Source: Candidatus Aenigmatarchaeota archaeon
GTDB taxonomy: Archaea; Aenigmatarchaeota; Aenigmatarchaeia; CG10238-14; SpSt-28
Assembly: GCA_038733315.1 (NCBI GenBank)
Contig: JAVYPJ010000002.1
Span: 160,001 to 224,000 of the forward strand
DNA length: 64,000 bases
Direction of reading: 5' to 3'
In this document: in pieces, positions 1-10,149 of the stretch
Numbering within the stretch: position 1 is the first letter of the stretch
Layout of the letters: each line of letters starts with the position of its first letter
Program-made: the position numbers and the translations under genes
The notes under the pieces: model-generated
The model's database searches: none
What the model was told of the DNA's origin: nothing
Seen by the model: the letters and a program-made list of their open reading frames with translations, nothing else

Positions 1-1850
1 GAAGCTGTTGTAACTCCTTCATATTTATCTATATCTATTGTTCCCAAAGAAGGATCAAACCCAAATTGTTTTAGAGATGTTACCATTAATCTTATTGCTC
101 TCTCAGCATCATCTACAGTTACTTCATTACTTAGTCTTGCTTTTGCGGACGCTTGAGCTAATCTAATTAATGCCTCAAATTGCCTTAACGTAATAGTAAT
201 AGCTGAAGTCTCACTAGACTTTTCTCTAGTTTCTAAGAAAAACTCTTTTATCCTTTCAAAAGCTTCCTTAGTTAGTTTTGGAAAAACGTTTTTTCTAGCA
301 TATGCTATATACTTTTTAAATAATGCCGTTGGAATAACTTCTTTTGTAATTTTATCCTTTTCAAAAAATCTTGTTTTTTCTATATGTTCCACTATCTTTT
401 CATCAATTTCTTTTTTTGGAATGTCTCTCAAAGCGAATTTGAGGTCGAATCTGCTTAATAGAGGTTCTGGTAATTCTATTTGCTCTCTCAGAGCTATATA
501 TGGATCAAATCTTCCATATTTTGGATTTCCAGCAGCTAATACACTTGTTTTTGCTGGTAAAGTTGCTACTATGCTAGCCTTAGCTATAGATACACTTCCT
601 TGTTCCATTGCCTCGTGTAAAGCTATCAAATCGTCTTTCCTTACTTTTTCAAACTCATCAATACATATAATACTTTTATTAGCCATAACCATAGCTCCAG
701 CTTCCAAAACCCAGCCACCAAGAAATTCTTCATCTTTTGTAACAGTAGCTATTAGTCCAGCTGCTGTTGCTCCGCTCCCGCTAACATATTTAGCTCTAGG
801 CATCAACCCAGCTACATATTTTAATAATTGTGATTTTGCTGTAGATGGTTCTCCGATTAGCAAAATATGAATTTCTCCCCTAATTCTTGTTCCATCTGGC
901 ATTAATTGCTCATTACCTCCAAACATTTGCAAAAGTATTGCTTCTTTAACCTCTTCTAAACCAAAAATTGTTGGCGCGATAGAATTAACAAGCTTCTTAG
1001 TTATTTCTGGATCTTTTGCTAGCTCCAAAATTTTTTTCTCATCCTCCTCAGAAATTTCAATATCTTCCCATTCTGTTTCTAAAATTTCGAAGTTTAAAGC
1101 GTCTATAAAAATTTCCATAGTTCTTCCATAATTTTTCCTTAACTTTCTTTGTATGCTTTTTAAAACCCCAATAACCTTAATTCTATTTCCAGGATCTGTT
1201 TTAACTCTTAGTTTTGGATCCACCAAATCTTCTTTTAAATAAACCATTATATTACTAGGTCTCTCTCCACTAAGAATTTCATAAGGCTCTTCTATAACAA
1301 TCCATCTGGCGTCGTATAGTTTTTCTCCTACTATTTCAAATGTCCTAGATTCGCAAAAAGGACATTTTATAGGTTTCTTTAAACTTCTTTCGGTTTGAAG
1401 TTGAGATATTATTCTTTTACACTCAACACAAGCAAAAATAGCTTCATGTATTTCTGGTCTTACTTCACTAGCTCTTTTAACTATTCCATCTACAATTACC
1501 AATTTTCCTATATGTTCACTTCTCAAGCTACTAATCCTTTTTTCTAGACTTTTAGAAAAATTATAGAATCTTATTTTTATTCTATCTTTTAATTCCGGCT
1601 CTAACTCATATAAGGCCTCTTCAAATACACTAGAAATTTCTTCCGGACTCTCTATAAACTTTTCAGCTATTGTAATATCAAACTTTTCTAATAAAGAAAA
1701 ATCTATTAATAACCTTCTTTCATCGCTTAACCTAATTCTACCAATTTCTCTATAATAATACTCTTCCAAAAAGTTTGAAAAAACATTCTTTATCTGATTT
1801 TTTTCGTTTTCATCTATTTTTTTAGGCTCTTTTATCTGAAGAACTAACAT
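1..1850 (-). CDS. mcm: MCM replicative helicase (3' end runs off window)
   Basis: Not in ORF track; manual translation from ATG at 1850: Zn finger CVEC...CPFC, Walker A GEPSTAKSQ, Walker B CIDEFEK, LHEAMEQ, arginine finger LLSRFD, ITLRQFEALIRLAQASAKARL; no intein. Confidence 0.95.
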   Translation of the reverse strand, partial: MLVLQIKEPKKIDENEKNQIKNVFSNFLEEYYYREIGRIRLSDERRLLIDFSLLEKFDITIAEKFIESPEEISSVFEEALYELEPELKDRIKIRFYNFSKSLEKRISSLRSEHIGKLVIVDGIVKRASEVRPEIHEAIFACVECKRIISQLQTERSLKKPIKCPFCESRTFEIVGEKLYDARWIVIEEPYEILSGERPSNIMVYLKEDLVDPKLRVKTDPGNRIKVIGVLKSIQRKLRKNYGRTMEIFIDALNFEILETEWEDIEISEEDEKKILELAKDPEITKKLVNSIAPTIFGLEEVKEAILLQMFGGNEQLMPDGTRIRGEIHILLIGEPSTAKSQLLKYVAGLMPRAKYVSGSGATAAGLIATVTKDEEFLGGWVLEAGAMVMANKSIICIDEFEKVRKDDLIALHEAMEQGSVSIAKASIVATLPAKTSVLAAGNPKYGRFDPYIALREQIELPEPLLSRFDLKFALRDIPKKEIDEKIVEHIEKTRFFEKDKITKEVIPTALFKKYIAYARKNVFPKLTKEAFERIKEFFLETREKSSETSAITITLRQFEALIRLAQASAKARLSNEVTVDDAERAIRLMVTSLKQFGFDPSLGTIDIDKYEGVTTA

Positions 1851-1893
1851 TAAATAATAGAGTTAAGAAGCTAAAAAAAGATTTTTATATTTT

Positions 1894-2439
1894 TCAATAT
1901 GGTTCAAAACAATTAGAATTCTTTATTTTCTTTGCCAATCTCTCTAATTCCTTCTTTACTTCATCCACATTTTTACCTCCAGTACATATTATCTTTCCAC
2001 TTTTAAAAACTAAAAAAACTAATTTTGGTTCGTTTTTTCTATAAACTAAACCTGGAAATTGCTCCGGCTCAAACTCAGCACCCTCTAATTCCATTGCTAA
2101 GCAGTTCAAATTCACCTCGCCATCTAACTTTACAGAGGCTACAACGTTTTCAACAACCTTTTCTGATTTAGAGATATCTACACCAACACTCTTTAATCTT
2201 TCTAAAATAACCTTTAAGGCTTTATCAACATCTTCAATTCTTCTATTTCCGGTACATATTACTTTTCCACTTTCAAATATTAGAAAAGAGCACTTTGGAT
2301 CTTGCATTTTATAAACTAAACCTGGAAATTGTTCTGGTTCGAACTCTATATCTAAATACTTATTTAGCAGCTGGTTTATTGGAATTCTTTGGCTAAATGT
2401 TAAAGATACTACAATATTTTCTATAGTAACTTCCTCCAT
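1894..2439 (-). CDS. tbp: TATA-box binding protein
   Basis: Two repeats of NIV/NVVAS...EFEPEQFPGLVY...F.SGK.ICTG. Confidence 0.97.
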   Translation of the reverse strand: MEEVTIENIVVSLTFSQRIPINQLLNKYLDIEFEPEQFPGLVYKMQDPKCSFLIFESGKVICTGNRRIEDVDKALKVILERLKSVGVDISKSEKVVENVVASVKLDGEVNLNCLAMELEGAEFEPEQFPGLVYRKNEPKLVFLVFKSGKIICTGGKNVDEVKKELERLAKKIKNSNCFEPY

Positions 2440-2518
2440 TTAATAATAATTTACATTTAAAATATAAATTTTCAAGTTGATATAGATAAAGACTTTTTAA
2501 CCTTTACAATATTTTTAT

Positions 2519-3172
2519 ATGATAGTTGCTGGAATAGATGAAAACGGTAGAGGATGTATTATTGGACCCTTAGTTATTACTGTTTTTATTATAGATGATG
2601 AAAAAATAAATGAATTGGAAAAAATTGGAGTAAAGGATTCGAAAAAAATTCATCCGAAAAAAAGAAAAGAAATTTATGAGAAGTTAATTTCCTTAGGGGA
2701 AATACATCAAAAAATAATTAGCGCTATAGAGATAGATTACTATCTGAAGAATAAAAAAATAGGACTAAATAATTTAGAGATAATCAAAATAGCGGAATTA
2801 ATTAATGAAACTAATTCAGAAATTTATTATATAGATGCAATTTCTAATCCAATAAAATTTAAAGAAAATTTAAAGAAATTTGTTAAAAGAGATGTTGAAA
2901 TAATTGCAGAAAATAAAATGGATGAAAAAAACTTAGTTGTAGCAGCTGCTAGCATAATAGGAAAAGTTGTTAGAGATATGGAGATTGAAAAAATAAAAGA
3001 GCGCATTAATTTTGATTTTGGAAGTGGGTATGTTAGTGATGAAAGAACAAAAAAATTTATAGAATACGTTGTAAAAAAGGGGTTAAACTATGATTTTATT
3101 AGAAAATCGTGGATAACCTATGAGGAGGAAAACAAAAAAATAAAATTTAAGAAACTAATTGATTTTATATGA
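2519..3172 (+). CDS. rnhB: Ribonuclease HII
   Basis: GIDENGRG.IIGPLV, GVKDSKK, VAAASIIGKV.RD, GSGY.SD, C-terminal PIP-box-like KKLIDFI. Confidence 0.95.
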   Translation: MIVAGIDENGRGCIIGPLVITVFIIDDEKINELEKIGVKDSKKIHPKKRKEIYEKLISLGEIHQKIISAIEIDYYLKNKKIGLNNLEIIKIAELINETNSEIYYIDAISNPIKFKENLKKFVKRDVEIIAENKMDEKNLVVAAASIIGKVVRDMEIEKIKERINFDFGSGYVSDERTKKFIEYVVKKGLNYDFIRKSWITYEEENKKIKFKKLIDFI

Positions 3173-3414
3173 GAAAGGTATTAAATAAAAGTAAAATAAA
3201 GATTTTATTTTCAATTTTAGGAATTTTTTGCGCTCCAATAACTTTTTATTTTTATTATAACGACTTAATAGGATTATCCTTACCTTTTTTGATTTTCTTA
3301 ACTCTTTGCTATTTTCTAGGTAAAGAAAAGTTTTTTTGGAAGTTTTTCGAGGAAAATATATTAATTTTTTTATTTTTTTGGATTATAACTCTAAGTATTC
3401 TTATTAACCTTTAA
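3169..3414 (+). CDS. Small 3-TM membrane protein (possibly archaeal EMC6-like)
   Basis: Three hydrophobic segments, C-terminal FW...IFLFFWIITLSILINL; ATGA overlap with rnhB; family guess from pattern only. Confidence 0.5.
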   Translation: MRKVLNKSKIKILFSILGIFCAPITFYFYYNDLIGLSLPFLIFLTLCYFLGKEKFFWKFFEENILIFLFFWIITLSILINL

Positions 3415-3416
3415 AA

Positions 3417-3905
3417 ATGCCAGATATTATTACGCATCTAATAATTTCCTTAGCCTGCTCCTTTCCACTACTTTTATCTATTAAAGAATTAAAAAACAAA
3501 ATTATTTTTCTATTACTTGTATTCTTGTTTTCAATTTTACCAGATTTCGACTTCTTTTTTAATTCCCACAGAATCTTTACGCACTCTGTTTTCTTTATTT
3601 TTTCACTTTTATTAATATTTAGCGTTATAAATCTAAAAATCAGAAACCAAAAAATCCTAATTCTTCCTATTATAACGCTTTTGCATATTGTGTTGGATTT
3701 GTTTAATGGAAATGTTAGATTTCTATATCCATTTAGCAACGAAGAAATAACCTTAGAAAAATACTTTACGTATAATTTTCCATTTCTAAATGTAAAAACC
3801 GATTTAAATATAGAAGTCATTATAATATCTATATTTTTTATTTTTTGTTTCACTGTCTCTAAAAAATATATTAGGAATTCAAAGCAAAGTATTTCCTACT
3901 ATTAA
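3417..3905 (+). CDS. Membrane-bound metal-dependent hydrolase (YdjM/DUF457-like)
   Basis: TH, SILPDFD, HRIFTHS, HIVLD and LYPF motifs. Confidence 0.8.
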   Translation: MPDIITHLIISLACSFPLLLSIKELKNKIIFLLLVFLFSILPDFDFFFNSHRIFTHSVFFIFSLLLIFSVINLKIRNQKILILPIITLLHIVLDLFNGNVRFLYPFSNEEITLEKYFTYNFPFLNVKTDLNIEVIIISIFFIFCFTVSKKYIRNSKQSISYY

Positions 3906-4433
3906 TTTATACTCATCTTTTTCATCCAGCTCTTCCTTTATCCTTTCTTTAATCATTTTTTCTGGATTCATTAAAAATTTTATCCTATTTTTTAAATCCG
4001 TGAAATTTTCAAAAGGTTTTATTCTTCTTTCTTTTAATATTTCTTCTAAATGTTTTTTCCCTATGCCTCTTAACAATTCTAGGGCATGCATTTTTGGAGT
4101 TAACGGGCCTGCAATGTTAAATATTTTTATAATTCTGTTTTCGTTCTGCTTAATAAGCTCGTCTAATACTTCTTCTAAGACATTTTTTGCAATAGAAGAT
4201 AATTCGCTATATTTTATTTTTCTTATAATTCTTTGTGCCTTATCTCTTAAACCACTACCTATATATACAACTTCTTTAATATCTACCTTTACATTTGGTT
4301 TTAGGCTTATTTCTAATAAATTAAAATATTTATTTCCAATCCCATGTGCTATAGGAATTTTTATAGGACTACCGGGCTTTCCTGCTGGAAAATAATCTAA
4401 TATTATTATGTATTCGTCCTTCATTTTATACAA
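3879..4433 (-). CDS. DUF655 putative RNA-binding protein
   Basis: ILDY, GNKYFNLLE, HALELLRGIGKK helix-hairpin-helix; typical position after rpoF. Confidence 0.88.
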   Translation of the reverse strand: MYKMKDEYIIILDYFPAGKPGSPIKIPIAHGIGNKYFNLLEISLKPNVKVDIKEVVYIGSGLRDKAQRIIRKIKYSELSSIAKNVLEEVLDELIKQNENRIIKIFNIAGPLTPKMHALELLRGIGKKHLEEILKERRIKPFENFTDLKNRIKFLMNPEKMIKERIKEELDEKDEYKLIVGNTLL

Positions 4434-4438
4434 AAAAG

Positions 4439-4753
4439 TTAGATTTTATTAAGTATTTCTATTATTTTTTTTAGTTTTTCTTCACTAAAAAATCTTATGT
4501 TTTTTCCAAATAGAATGTTTAGATCTTCTATGCTTTCTGGAAGAAAATCCAAAATAAGTACAATTTCGTTATCTTTTAGGCCTAAATCCTTTAACTCCTT
4601 CTTAATTTCTTCTATTTTCTCTAAATTAACGTCTCTCTTCATAGAACTCTTTATATTTTCTATAATATCATTTAAAACGTTATTGGAAATTTCTCCCTTA
4701 AGTATTTCTAACGCTTCATATTTCGTAATATGTCTCTCTTCTAATACTTCCAT
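4439..4753 (-). CDS. rpo4: RNA polymerase subunit Rpo4 (F)
   Basis: ERHITKYEALEIL, ILDFLPESIEDL; L21e-rpoF-DUF655 synteny. Confidence 0.8.
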   Translation of the reverse strand: MEVLEERHITKYEALEILKGEISNNVLNDIIENIKSSMKRDVNLEKIEEIKKELKDLGLKDNEIVLILDFLPESIEDLNILFGKNIRFFSEEKLKKIIEILNKI

Positions 4754-4760
4754 AAAAAAA

Positions 4761-5030
4761 TTAAGATAATCTTTTTAAATGTTGTGGCTGAACTATAAGA
4801 GTTTTCTCTTTAAACCTATCAGATACCTTAACTAAATATGACCTCCCCCTTTTTCCAATAATTTTTCCTATCTTTCCATGAAATCTATGATGCGGGGCTC
4901 CATTGTAGCTGCTAGGATCTATCTTAATAACAACTTTTTCTCCATTTTCAAACTCTTGAAAAAATCTAGATATACCACTTTTTTCATACTTACTGCTTAA
5001 TTTTTTTCTGGATTTACTACCTTTAACCAT
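4761..5030 (-). CDS. rpl21e: 50S ribosomal protein L21e
   Basis: GEKVVIKIDPS..G.PH.RFHGK.G, PQHLK. Confidence 0.95.
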   Translation of the reverse strand: MVKGSKSRKKLSSKYEKSGISRFFQEFENGEKVVIKIDPSSYNGAPHHRFHGKIGKIIGKRGRSYLVKVSDRFKEKTLIVQPQHLKRLS

Positions 5031-5061
5031 TATAATTTATAATAATATTAAATTTAAATTT

Positions 5062-5559
5062 ATGAATTTGAACAATATAAAAGCAAGAATAGAAGCTATT
5101 CTTTTTGCATCCTCTAAGCCTATTACAGTTTTTCAGCTTTCTAAAATATTAAATGCTAACGAGAATGAAATCGAAGAAGCTTTAAACGAATTAATTAAAG
5201 AGTATGAAAGAGAAGATAAAGCTTTAGAAATAGTAGAAACTCCAGAAGGTTTTGAAATGAGGATAAAAGCAATTTATAGAAGTGATGCTTCCAAGGTAGC
5301 TGCATTTAGTGATTTAAGTTCTGGAGTTTTAAAAACACTAGCAATAATAATATATAAAAATCCTATTAAACAAAGTGATATAATAAAAATTCAAGGAAAC
5401 AGAGCATACGACTATATTAAAATCTTAGAGAAAAAAGGTTTAATAATTTCAAAAAAACATAAAAACACTAAAATATTGCTACCAAGCCAGAACTTAGAGA
5501 GATATTTTGGTATGAAAATAGAAGAGATAAAAAGACAAATAGAAAAATATATTCAATGA
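5062..5559 (+). CDS. scpB: SMC-Scp complex subunit ScpB
   Basis: IEAILFAS..P, LKTLAII.YKNPI.QSDI..IQG, two winged helices. Confidence 0.9.
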   Translation: MNLNNIKARIEAILFASSKPITVFQLSKILNANENEIEEALNELIKEYEREDKALEIVETPEGFEMRIKAIYRSDASKVAAFSDLSSGVLKTLAIIIYKNPIKQSDIIKIQGNRAYDYIKILEKKGLIISKKHKNTKILLPSQNLERYFGMKIEEIKRQIEKYIQ

Positions 5560-6275
5560 GAGTTTTGCTAACTATAAATCCATCTAAGAACATATTTAAA
5601 CAAATAAAATTAGCTAAAAAAATAGGATTTGATGGTGTTGAAATAGTGTTAGAAGATAAGGCTATGAAAACTGTTTTAAATAAAAAAAGTGATGTTAAAA
5701 ATCTTTTAGAAGAATTAAACATGTTTGCATCTTTTCATTTACCTTTTTGGCTTAACATACTTAATAAAGATGATTTTAACGAAATTCAAAATCTCTATGA
5801 AATAGCAAACTTTTTTAACACTTTTTGTGTTACTCACATAAATTCAGAAAATAAAAATGATTTAAAGATTTTCTCAAAAATTCTAAAAAAAATTCGAGAT
5901 AAAAAAATTTATTTTGAAAATTTATTTCAAAAAATAGATTTTTTAGAAAACTTTTCTAAGCTTAATGTTTTTTTAACTATCGACATTTCTCATATGCTCA
6001 CAATAAACACCTTTACAGAGTTTAGAAATTTTATAGTAAATAATAAACAAAAAATTCTTCATTTTCATATTTCAGATGCAAACGGTTTTTCCCATTCCCA
6101 TTTGCCTTTTGGTAAAGGGGTTTTACCTCTTAGAAGGATAGCAGAATTACTAATAAAAAATTTTAATGATAGAACTATATCTTTTGAAATTTTTGATACA
6201 GACTTTCCAGAAATAGATTTCGAATCTTCTTTTATAATTTTTAAAAATTTAATAGATAAATATGGAAAAGAGTGA
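5556..6275 (+). CDS. TIM-barrel sugar-phosphate isomerase/epimerase (AP endonuclease 2 family)
   Basis: GFDGVE, FHLP, FEN, TIDISH, HFHISD, HLPFGKG, FE metal ligands. Confidence 0.8.
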   Translation: MRVLLTINPSKNIFKQIKLAKKIGFDGVEIVLEDKAMKTVLNKKSDVKNLLEELNMFASFHLPFWLNILNKDDFNEIQNLYEIANFFNTFCVTHINSENKNDLKIFSKILKKIRDKKIYFENLFQKIDFLENFSKLNVFLTIDISHMLTINTFTEFRNFIVNNKQKILHFHISDANGFSHSHLPFGKGVLPLRRIAELLIKNFNDRTISFEIFDTDFPEIDFESSFIIFKNLIDKYGKE

Positions 6276-6957
6276 GATAATTAAAGTTTTTAGAGAAAAC
6301 AATTTAGATTTCATTAATTCTTTATATTCTAAATGTTTTGACGTTTTGATAAAAAAAGGCGAAGAGTTTTATTTTGTAAAAATATATAAAAACTTAAACT
6401 CTTTGACTTCTGAAGTTTGTCATGATTTAGCTAATTTAGAAAGTTTTTTTGAAGTAAATTCAATAATACTTTCCTTAAGAACATCTAGAAAAACATTAGG
6501 AAATCACATTTATTTAAGAAAAAATGTTAGAGTTTTAAATCTACAAACATTTTTAAAGTTCTTAGAAAATAAAGAGATTTCCATTTATAGATATGGAAAA
6601 GTTGTAATTAATATAGATTTTCAAAAAATGAAAAAACAAAGAGAAACTCTTGGCTATTCTTTAAAAACCTTAGCAAAAAAGCTTGATGTCAGTAAGAAAC
6701 ATATTTACGAAATAGAAAAGGGTATTAGAAAACCTTCTTATGAATTAGCCTTAAAATTAGAAAAAGTTTTAGGAACAAAACTAGTTTGTGAATTAGAAAG
6801 GAAAATTGAAGAAAAAGAAACCTTTAATTTTCTGAAGTTTTGCTCTATAAAGGGTATTAAAAAAGAGGGCAGGAAGTTTATAATTCCTAGAAAAGAAGAT
6901 AAGGCCTTAGAAGAAAGTAGAGAAATGTCTAATTTTTTAAACGTTGAAATATTATGA
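6262..6957 (+). CDS. Archaeal Cro/C1-type HTH transcriptional regulator
   Basis: CFDV..K N-terminal domain plus RETLGYSLKTLAKKLDVSKKHIYEIEKG.RKPS HTH. Confidence 0.8.
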   Translation: MEKSEIIKVFRENNLDFINSLYSKCFDVLIKKGEEFYFVKIYKNLNSLTSEVCHDLANLESFFEVNSIILSLRTSRKTLGNHIYLRKNVRVLNLQTFLKFLENKEISIYRYGKVVINIDFQKMKKQRETLGYSLKTLAKKLDVSKKHIYEIEKGIRKPSYELALKLEKVLGTKLVCELERKIEEKETFNFLKFCSIKGIKKEGRKFIIPRKEDKALEESREMSNFLNVEIL

Positions 6958-8174
6958 AAGTTAGAGGTTGGGTTGAAGAACTTAGAGATTTGGGAAAAAT
7001 AAAATTTATTATACTTCATACAGTAGAAGAAGATTACCAAATAACGTGTAAAAAAGAAATTACAGAAAACTTTGAAGAAATAGATAAAATTACATTACAA
7101 AGCGCCATAGAGGTTGAGGGAGATTTAATGGAGCATGGGATTTCTAAAAAACATAAAGAAATCTTGGCTAAAAAAATAAATATAATAAACATTTCTGAAA
7201 AAGTTTTGCCAATAGACCCAAGCAATAAAACTCCATATTCTCTAGACAAAAAATTAGATTGGAGATTTTTAGATTTTAGAAATCATAAAACAATAGCGAT
7301 AATCAAAATTCAAAATACCATTTTAAAATCTTTTAGGGAATTTTTTTCAAGCAAAGGTTTTATAGAGATTTTACCTCCGCTAATAATTTCTTCTGCAAGT
7401 GAAGGGGGTGCCGAATTATTTAAAGTTCAATACTTTGAAAAAGAAGCGTATTTAGCTCAAAGTCCTCAACTATATAAACAGATGGCTGCAATAAGTTTAG
7501 AAAAAGTTTTTTGCATAACTCCTATTTTTAGAGCTGAAAAGCATGATACGCCATTTCATATTAATCAAGTAACAAGCTTAGATATAGAAGTCGCTTTTGC
7601 AAATCACGAAGAAGTTATGAAATATTTAGAAGAATTCTTCGTATATGCTCTAGAAAACATTCAAAACAAAAATGAAAAAGAATTAAAAGAACTAAACATT
7701 AAACTAAATATTCCTCAACTACCATTAACAAGAATAAAGTATGAGGAAGCGATTCAGCTTTTAAATCTTAATTTTGGAGATGAAATAAAAAGAGTTCATG
7801 AAAAAACTCTTTGTGAAAAAATCGAAGAAGCAATTTTTATAACACATTTTCCTAAGGAGCATAGACCATTTTATACAATGATAAATGAAAGTGATAATAG
7901 AATTACAAATTCTTTCGATTTCCTTTATAAAGGCTTAGAATTAGCGAGCGGTTCTCAAAGAATTCATATCGCTGAAATGCTAAAAGCAAGAATTATTGAA
8001 AGCGGACTAGAACCAAAAGATTTTGAAAATTATATTAATGCATTTAAATATGGAGCACCTATGCATGCTGGCTGGGGATTAGGTTTAGAAAGATTCACAA
8101 TGAAAATTTGTAATTTAGAAAATATTAGAGAAGCTACTATGTGGCCAAGAGATAGAAATAGATTAATGCCTTAA
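6954..8174 (+). CDS. aspS: Aspartate-tRNA ligase (archaeal type)
   Basis: OB fold VRGWV..RDLG, EGGAELF, YLAQSPQLYKQ, FRAE, ELASGSQRIH, HAGWGLGLER. Confidence 0.92.
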   Translation: MKVRGWVEELRDLGKIKFIILHTVEEDYQITCKKEITENFEEIDKITLQSAIEVEGDLMEHGISKKHKEILAKKINIINISEKVLPIDPSNKTPYSLDKKLDWRFLDFRNHKTIAIIKIQNTILKSFREFFSSKGFIEILPPLIISSASEGGAELFKVQYFEKEAYLAQSPQLYKQMAAISLEKVFCITPIFRAEKHDTPFHINQVTSLDIEVAFANHEEVMKYLEEFFVYALENIQNKNEKELKELNIKLNIPQLPLTRIKYEEAIQLLNLNFGDEIKRVHEKTLCEKIEEAIFITHFPKEHRPFYTMINESDNRITNSFDFLYKGLELASGSQRIHIAEMLKARIIESGLEPKDFENYINAFKYGAPMHAGWGLGLERFTMKICNLENIREATMWPRDRNRLMP

Positions 8175-8208
8175 TTTAAGATTAAAATAGATTTTTCATA
8201 ATATTTTT

Positions 8209-8535
8209 ATGGAAATAACTTTCGAAGAATTCCAAAAAATAGAAATGAAAATAGGAAAAGTGATAGATGTGCAAGAGATTCCGCAATCCAAAAATCTACT
8301 AAAACTAGTTGTAGATTTTGGTAACGAAAAAAGACAATCTGTAGCAGGGCTAAAAACTTATTTCAAAAAAGAAGATCTCATTGGTAAAAAATATGTTTTT
8401 GTAACTAATTTAGAAAAGAAAAAAATGATGGGAGAAGTAAGTGAGTGTATGATATTGGCAGCAATAGATGATTCCGGAAACCTTTCTTTAATCACTCCAG
8501 AAAAAGACATTAAAGAGGGTAGTAAAATAAAATGA
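8209..8535 (+). CDS. Stand-alone tRNA-binding OB-fold protein (Trbp111/CsaA/MetRS C-terminal-like)
   Basis: ITFEEFQK.EMKIG, LLKLVVDFG, VTNL...MMG..SECMILAA. Confidence 0.88.
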   Translation: MEITFEEFQKIEMKIGKVIDVQEIPQSKNLLKLVVDFGNEKRQSVAGLKTYFKKEDLIGKKYVFVTNLEKKKMMGEVSECMILAAIDDSGNLSLITPEKDIKEGSKIK

Positions 8536-8828
8536 AAGTATTTATTGGAAAGAAAAACAATCAAAAAAGAGTAGAAAGTTTAATAACAAAAAATGAAAAA
8601 ACATCGATGCTTTCTATATATTTTAGAGATTTTAAAACCTTAGGCTTAGGAGATGAGGAAAAATTTGTATTAATTTTAGATGGACCAGAAGAATATCTTA
8701 AAATTGCTGAAAGTTTAGTTAAAGGTTTTGTTGAAACTCCAGATGAAAATTTAGAAAAAGAAATAATTAAAAAGTTTAATGAAGAAGAAAACAGAGCAAA
8801 AGAGGGATTTGGATTTTTATTCTCCTGA
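8532..8828 (+). CDS. Hypothetical protein
   Basis: ATGA overlap with upstream gene; ends EENRAKEGFGFLFS. Confidence 0.65.
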   Translation: MKVFIGKKNNQKRVESLITKNEKTSMLSIYFRDFKTLGLGDEEKFVLILDGPEEYLKIAESLVKGFVETPDENLEKEIIKKFNEEENRAKEGFGFLFS

Positions 8829-8860
8829 ATATTTTTAATTTTTATTTTAATAATTTATAT

Positions 8861-8935
8861 GCCCCGGTAGCTCAGCATGGATAGAGCGGCGGCCTTCTAA
8901 GCCGTAGGTCGGGGGTTCAAATCCCTCCCGGGGCA
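8861..8935 (+). tRNA. tRNA-Arg (TCT)
   Basis: Acceptor GCCCCGG/CCGGGGC-A, anticodon arm GCGGC-CTTCTAA-GCCGT, T-loop TTCAAAT, A20 in D loop; CCA not encoded. Confidence 0.93.
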
Positions 8936-9484
8936 CTATCGAAACATTATTTCAAATTCGCAAAATTCATCTCCATTGGCAATGCATTTGGTTTCTTCAA
9001 CATCTATATTCTTTTCTAGCAAATTAGATAAGACGCCGGAAAAAATTCCAGCTAAATAATAACAAACCTTTGTTTTTTCATTATACTTCTTTTTAAACTC
9101 AATCGCATCGGGAGAACTCTTTACTATTATTTTATTTTGAGATATAAAGCTTATGTCAGAATATCCAATAAACTTTAAAAAACCTAAAACTCTACCAATC
9201 TTTTTCTCATAGTCATTTCCCATTTTTAGAGTCTTTACAATTTCCTTTCCAACCTCGATTCCTATATTGTATAGTATTCCGCCCGCTGCTTTTTTAAAGT
9301 TTTCAGAGAGATGATGATAAAAATCGGCCATGAAATAATCGGCACCAAATAGTATTAAATAAATGTCATATTCAGAAACGAAAATTTCACCCTTTTCATT
9401 TCCATGCAAATTTACACTAGATAATAACTTTTTGAACTCCTCGTTCTTACTCTCTTCAATTTTTTTAATATCCGAATTTATCAT
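8936..9484 (-). CDS. V4R domain protein
   Basis: CYYLAGIFSG...VEETKCIANGDEFCEFE; start placed at 9484 (track gives 9514, overlapping the upstream gene). Confidence 0.85.
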   Translation of the reverse strand: MINSDIKKIEESKNEEFKKLLSSVNLHGNEKGEIFVSEYDIYLILFGADYFMADFYHHLSENFKKAAGGILYNIGIEVGKEIVKTLKMGNDYEKKIGRVLGFLKFIGYSDISFISQNKIIVKSSPDAIEFKKKYNEKTKVCYYLAGIFSGVLSNLLEKNIDVEETKCIANGDEFCEFEIMFR

Positions 9485-9486
9485 TT

Positions 9487-10116
9487 TTAATAAAATATGG
9501 TTCTGAATAGGCAATATTCATCACCCTTAGCTTTACATTTTTCTTCCACGCATTCTTTTACTTCTCTTCCCCAGATAACAGCAGTAAGACCTGCTAAAAC
9601 TCCTCTAAAAAAATGACATATTGGCTCGTTTTGTTTTTCAGAAACTAGAAAAGTTTCAAAGGAATCATAAATCTTACCTAGAACGTAATTTTCAGTTTCC
9701 TCAACGATTTCAAAATCACTTAACCATCCAGCATGTTTGCCATATCCACCAATTTTATACGACATAGAGTATTTATCATCCTTAGATATCTTTAAAGAAT
9801 TAATAATTCCAATCTTAAGCACCACATTTATTTTTTCCTTAATAGATAAATTTTTGGATTTAACAAACATACTAGCGATATCCATACCACTCTTAAACCC
9901 TATGTCATACAAAATTTTTTTGCTGTACCCCTTAAAGCTTTTTTCTATTTCCGATCTAATTATATAAAAAACGTTTCTTGGCAAAAAAATTAATCTTCTA
10001 TTGAAATATTCTATTATCCCATCTTTATTTGGTTTAGAAGGAAAAAGTTTATTCGATACAGACCATGTAATTTTTAAAATATCATTCAACTCATTTTTTT
10101 GTTTTTCCGAAATCAT
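9487..10116 (-). CDS. V4R domain protein
   Basis: LYDIGFKSG, SFET, PICHFFRGVLAG...EEKCKAKGDEYCLF. Confidence 0.85.
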   Translation of the reverse strand: MISEKQKNELNDILKITWSVSNKLFPSKPNKDGIIEYFNRRLIFLPRNVFYIIRSEIEKSFKGYSKKILYDIGFKSGMDIASMFVKSKNLSIKEKINVVLKIGIINSLKISKDDKYSMSYKIGGYGKHAGWLSDFEIVEETENYVLGKIYDSFETFLVSEKQNEPICHFFRGVLAGLTAVIWGREVKECVEEKCKAKGDEYCLFRTIFY

Positions 10117-10149
10117 AAAATATTTATATCGCTACTCAAATATTTTTCT

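Noticed and set aside
421..870. 149-aa plus-strand ORF
   Set aside because: Antisense shadow of the MCM AAA+ domain
8861..8935. tRNA-Arg and tRNA-Glu share the acceptor stem GCCCCGG/CCGGGGCA (possible att site or reassigned tRNA)
   Set aside because: Only 7-8 bp, common in GC-rich archaeal tRNAs; tRNA-Arg keeps A20 and T-arms differ
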